Shown here one piece after another: positions 48,098-51,289 of a DNA stretch of 51,289 bases. The notes beneath the pieces are model-generated. The model did no database searches. It was not told the origin of the DNA and was given only the letters and a program-made list of their open reading frames with translations. This DNA is from Gammaproteobacteria bacterium. GTDB taxonomy: Bacteria > Pseudomonadota > Gammaproteobacteria > GCA-001735895. Position numbers and translations under genes: made by a program. How positions within the stretch are numbered: the stretch's first letter is position 1; the number at the start of each line of letters is the position of its first letter. The DNA lies in assembly GCA_030066315.1 (NCBI GenBank), contig JASJBW010000001.1:1-51289 (forward strand), given 5' to 3'.

Positions 48098-50125
48098 ATG
48101 AGAAGTTTCAAAATACCTGCGTTATTGATAAAACATAAAATCTGGATTGGGTTTTCGCTCTTATTAATACTTTTAGTTATCAATGCGACTATTTCCGTAA
48201 TGCATCTGAGATCAACTCAGACTACCGTCCATTCCGTCATTGAGCAATCCCAACCCCTGGTTCTTGCCGCCCATCAATTTAATGGTTACCTGGCCCAAGC
48301 CGCTGGCGCATTAAGTAATTACTTATTAACCAAAAACGATAAACAACGTCAGAACTACCAGAATGATCTGTGGCAGGCTTCGGATATGCTTGCGCAGATG
48401 GAAGCCATGGAAACGGTTCAGATATCCCCTGATCTTGCGATAGAGATTGAGGCTATGAAAAATGCTTTGGTGACCTTCCAGGGTTATGAAAAAAGGATGT
48501 TGGGCCTGGCGAAAAATAACCTGGAAAATGAGACTGCTTTGGCTTATGCCGCCGAACATTTGAATCCTAATTTTATCACCTTGTTGGGATCAATATCCGC
48601 GATGATCAGTTCTGAAGATGAGGAAGAAGTCAGCAGCGAGCGAAATCAGTGGTTAAATTTGATGCATGAAACCCGATACAATTTTCAGAAACTGATGTCA
48701 GATTTGCGAATTTATTTAAATCAGCCAACGGCTTCCACTCGGGAAAACCTGGAAAGCAGTTTTGAGGTCGTCGTCATGTTGGTGGAAAAATTTGATCAAT
48801 ATCAGGATTTTTATAATTTTGAGCAGGAAGAAGGTGTTGAAACCGTACAAAATATTTTGGGCCTATACAAAAAACACCTCCCCGTATTGATAGAAATTAA
48901 TGAAGGTCCACAACGTCGCCTGGATGTGCATTTACTCGACTCCGAAATACTGCCGTTGTTGGCTGCCCTGGAAGATCAGATCGATACTTTGGTCTATGAT
49001 AAGTCGACGCTTATGCAACAAAGTAGTCAGGATTTACTGACCGATGTTGAAACGGGTATGAAGGCTCAGTTGATACTAACCAGTCTGGGATTGGTTTTTG
49101 GTGTCCTGGTAGCCTTTACTATTATCCGTATGGTCACGCGTCCACTCAATCAGACCGTGGCAGCCCTGGAAGATGTTGCGCAAGGAGAGGGCGATTTAAC
49201 CCGTCGCTTAGCGGTTAAAAATAAGGATGAATTTGGGCAACTTGCAGATGCCTTCAACCAGTTTTCCGATAAGCTCCAGACCCTGATGAGAGAGGTCTCT
49301 AAAAGTAGTGCCGAACTGATTGCAGAATCAGGTCATATGGCCCAGGCAGTGGGTGATACTAAATCCGATATCAGCACACAAAGTGAACAGATCAACCAAA
49401 TTACCACGGCGATTGATTCTATGTCGCTTAAGATCAAAACAGTAGCAGAGCATACAGCACAAGCCGCAGAGTTGGCAGAGAAAACCAGTCAGCATGCCAA
49501 TGAGGGTAACGAGATTGTGCAACAATCATTCAAATCTAGTGATGAGTTGGCCAACGATGTTGATAAGGCTTCCGATGTTATTAATGAGTTGGAAAATGAT
49601 GTGGTTAACATCAGTAGTGTGCTCGATGTTATCCGGGGTATTGCTGAACAGACGAATCTATTGGCTTTGAATGCGGCAATTGAAGCGGCTCGCGCAGGTG
49701 AACAGGGTCGTGGTTTTGCTGTCGTTGCTGATGAAGTCAGGACACTGGCCTCCAGAACACAGGCCTCTACGGAAGAGATTCAAAAAATGATTCAACGTTT
49801 GCAGGATGGTTCCCAGCAAGCAGTTACTGTGATGAACGGAGGCAAGCAAAAGGCGGAAGCGGGTTTGCAGCTATCAAGGGAGGCGGGGGATTCGCTGGAC
49901 GAAATATCAGCGGTCATTCAAAGTATGCTTAATATGAACCGCGAAATTGCCGTATCAACGGATCAGCAAGGACATTCAGCGAGTCAAATCAATCAAAATA
50001 TTTCGGCCATCAATCAATTGGCAGGACAAACCACTAACAGTGCAGAAAAAATGGCCAATGCCAGTCAAAAGGTCAATCAATTAAGTGAACAGTTACAGCG
50101 CTTGATTGGTCACTTCAAGGTTTAA
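48098..50125 (+). CDS. Methyl-accepting chemotaxis protein
   Basis: 675 aa. TM1, about 300-aa periplasmic helical sensor (CHASE3/4HB-like), TM2, HAMP ('[22 protein letters not shown]'). Signalling hairpin '[32 protein letters not shown]'. Confidence 0.95.
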   Translation: MRSFKIPALLIKHKIWIGFSLLLILLVINATISVMHLRSTQTTVHSVIEQSQPLVLAAHQFNGYLAQAAGALSNYLLTKNDKQRQNYQNDLWQASDMLAQMEAMETVQISPDLAIEIEAMKNALVTFQGYEKRMLGLAKNNLENETALAYAAEHLNPNFITLLGSISAMISSEDEEEVSSERNQWLNLMHETRYNFQKLMSDLRIYLNQPTASTRENLESSFEVVVMLVEKFDQYQDFYNFEQEEGVETVQNILGLYKKHLPVLIEINEGPQRRLDVHLLDSEILPLLAALEDQIDTLVYDKSTLMQQSSQDLLTDVETGMKAQLILTSLGLVFGVLVAFTIIRMVTRPLNQTVAALEDVAQGEGDLTRRLAVKNKDEFGQLADAFNQFSDKLQTLMREVSKSSAELIAESGHMAQAVGDTKSDISTQSEQINQITTAIDSMSLKIKTVAEHTAQAAELAEKTSQHANEGNEIVQQSFKSSDELANDVDKASDVINELENDVVNISSVLDVIRGIAEQTNLLALNAAIEAARAGEQGRGFAVVADEVRTLASRTQASTEEIQKMIQRLQDGSQQAVTVMNGGKQKAEAGLQLSREAGDSLDEISAVIQSMLNMNREIAVSTDQQGHSASQINQNISAINQLAGQTTNSAEKMANASQKVNQLSEQLQRLIGHFKV

Positions 50126-50146
50126 CCATCAATGTAACTGAATCTC

Positions 50147-50173
50147 GCCTGAGCCAAATCCTCAGGCTTTTTT
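50147..50173 (+). terminator. Rho-independent terminator after the MCP gene
   Basis: Stem GCCTGAG (50147-50153) / CTCAGGC (50161-50167), 7-nt loop, T6 (50168-50173). Confidence 0.75.
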
Positions 50174-50265
50174 CATTACTTTAAATATTTTGAGGGTAGT
50201 GCCTATATAAGGACTTTATTGTATACTGTTAATCCCTTATTAATCAGTCTCATATAGGAATTTCA

Positions 50266-51289
50266 ATGCCCGAAGCGAGATCTGTCCCGCGCAGACCTAC
50301 TTTGCTTATCATACTTGACGGATTCGGTATGAATCCGAGCAAGGTCAATAATGCTGTCATCGAGGCTGATACGCCAAATTTTGACCGTTATTTTTCCTCT
50401 TATCCTCATACTGCTCTGGAAGCTTCTGGTATCGGTGTCGGACTGCCGGTTGGGCAAATGGGTAATTCTGAAGTGGGGCATATGACCATTGGTTGTGGTT
50501 CAATAGTCAAGCAGGATCTGATTCGAATTGATGATTCCATTGAAGATGAAAGTTTTTTTTCCAATCCGGCGTTCATGGGGGCAATTAAAGACGCTAAAAA
50601 GTATGATCGTCCGTTGCACCTGATTGGGCTCGTTTCGGATGGAGGTGTGCACAGTCACATTAATCACCTCATTGCGTTGATCAAATTATGTTCAAGGCAT
50701 GACGTGCTGGCCCAGTTACATATCATCACTGACGGGCGTGATACGCCACCAAAATCCGCCATTGATTTTATGCCCGATATCGAACTGGCCCTGGATGAAT
50801 ATGGCGGGATTATTGGTACGGTTTCCGGTCGTTATTATGCGATGGATAGAGATCGTCGTTGGTCCCGGACGCAATTGGCATGGGATGCACTGGTAAAAGG
50901 TGAAGGCAATAAAGCCAAGAATATTACTCTGGCTATTCAGGATGCTTATGAAGCCGGTGAAACGGATGAATTTATCAAACCAACGATCTTACCGGATTTT
51001 ATTCCTATCGAAAAAGAAGATGAATTGATCTTCTTTAATTTCCGTAATGATCGTTCCAGGCAGCTGACGGCTGCATTAAGTCATGGTGAATTCAGCTGTT
51101 TTGATCGGGGTGACTTTGAGCCTATTACGGTAACCTGCATGACGCAGTATGACCCTGAGTTTTTATCTCCTATCGCATTTCCACCCGAGCGTCCGAAGCT
51201 GACATTGGGCAGTATCATTAGTCAGGCGGGATATCGCCAGTTACATTGTGCGGAAACTGAAAAATATCCTCACGTGACTTTCTTTTTCA
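50266..51289 (+). CDS. gpmI: 2,3-bisphosphoglycerate-independent phosphoglycerate mutase (5' partial, runs off the window)
   Basis: Open frame from ATG 50266 to the window end, absent from the ORF track because it has no stop. Translates 'PTLLIILDGFGMNPS...GLPVGQMGNSEVGHMTIG...HLIGLVSDGGVHSH'. Confidence 0.92.
   Translation, partial: MPEARSVPRRPTLLIILDGFGMNPSKVNNAVIEADTPNFDRYFSSYPHTALEASGIGVGLPVGQMGNSEVGHMTIGCGSIVKQDLIRIDDSIEDESFFSNPAFMGAIKDAKKYDRPLHLIGLVSDGGVHSHINHLIALIKLCSRHDVLAQLHIITDGRDTPPKSAIDFMPDIELALDEYGGIIGTVSGRYYAMDRDRRWSRTQLAWDALVKGEGNKAKNITLAIQDAYEAGETDEFIKPTILPDFIPIEKEDELIFFNFRNDRSRQLTAALSHGEFSCFDRGDFEPITVTCMTQYDPEFLSPIAFPPERPKLTLGSIISQAGYRQLHCAETEKYPHVTFFF

Overview
This is a dense, almost entirely core-chromosomal segment with about 50 CDS on both strands. 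It looks like a motile, aerobic gammaproteobacterium. GC content is moderate by eye (not computed), and the taxon cannot be fixed from this window alone.

Conserved housekeeping blocks:
- class-IV aminotransferase-ybeD-lipB-lipA
- pntAB
- PCu(A)C-SCO copper chaperones
- hemF-tsaC-topA-smg-dprA-LysM lipoprotein on the minus strand, facing def-fmt-rsmB
- a DUF4390/NtrY-like/NtrX-like module inserted between rsmB and trkA-trkH
- ttcA, then pip-dtd
- hisBHAFIE followed directly by tatABC
- one MCP gene and the 5' part of gpmI

I found no rRNA, tRNA, CRISPR array, transposase, integrase, phage gene or recognisable defence gene. I therefore cannot point to a clear-cut new multi-gene system.

Items not explained by routine annotation, in my order of interest:
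1. A 1060-aa single-ORF fusion of an RND/MMPL-type exporter to a cNMP-binding domain and a degenerate GGDEF domain.
2. An unannotated Csr/Rsm-type small RNA candidate in the ttcA-pip gap, with a GacA/UvrY-box, six GGA motifs and a strong terminator.
3. A WYL-domain regulator divergent from an HxHPW protein-mobB-hybrid kinase string.
4. A 78-aa ORF with flagellar-rod-like termini next to an MCP gene that has a near-consensus sigma-28 promoter.
5. Several atypical versions of core proteins: a cysteine-free TopA C-terminus with a Lys-rich tail, TatC with a long acidic tail, and an NtrX-like regulator with a decayed AAA+ module.

All functional calls come from reading motifs in the translations. 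No database search was run.
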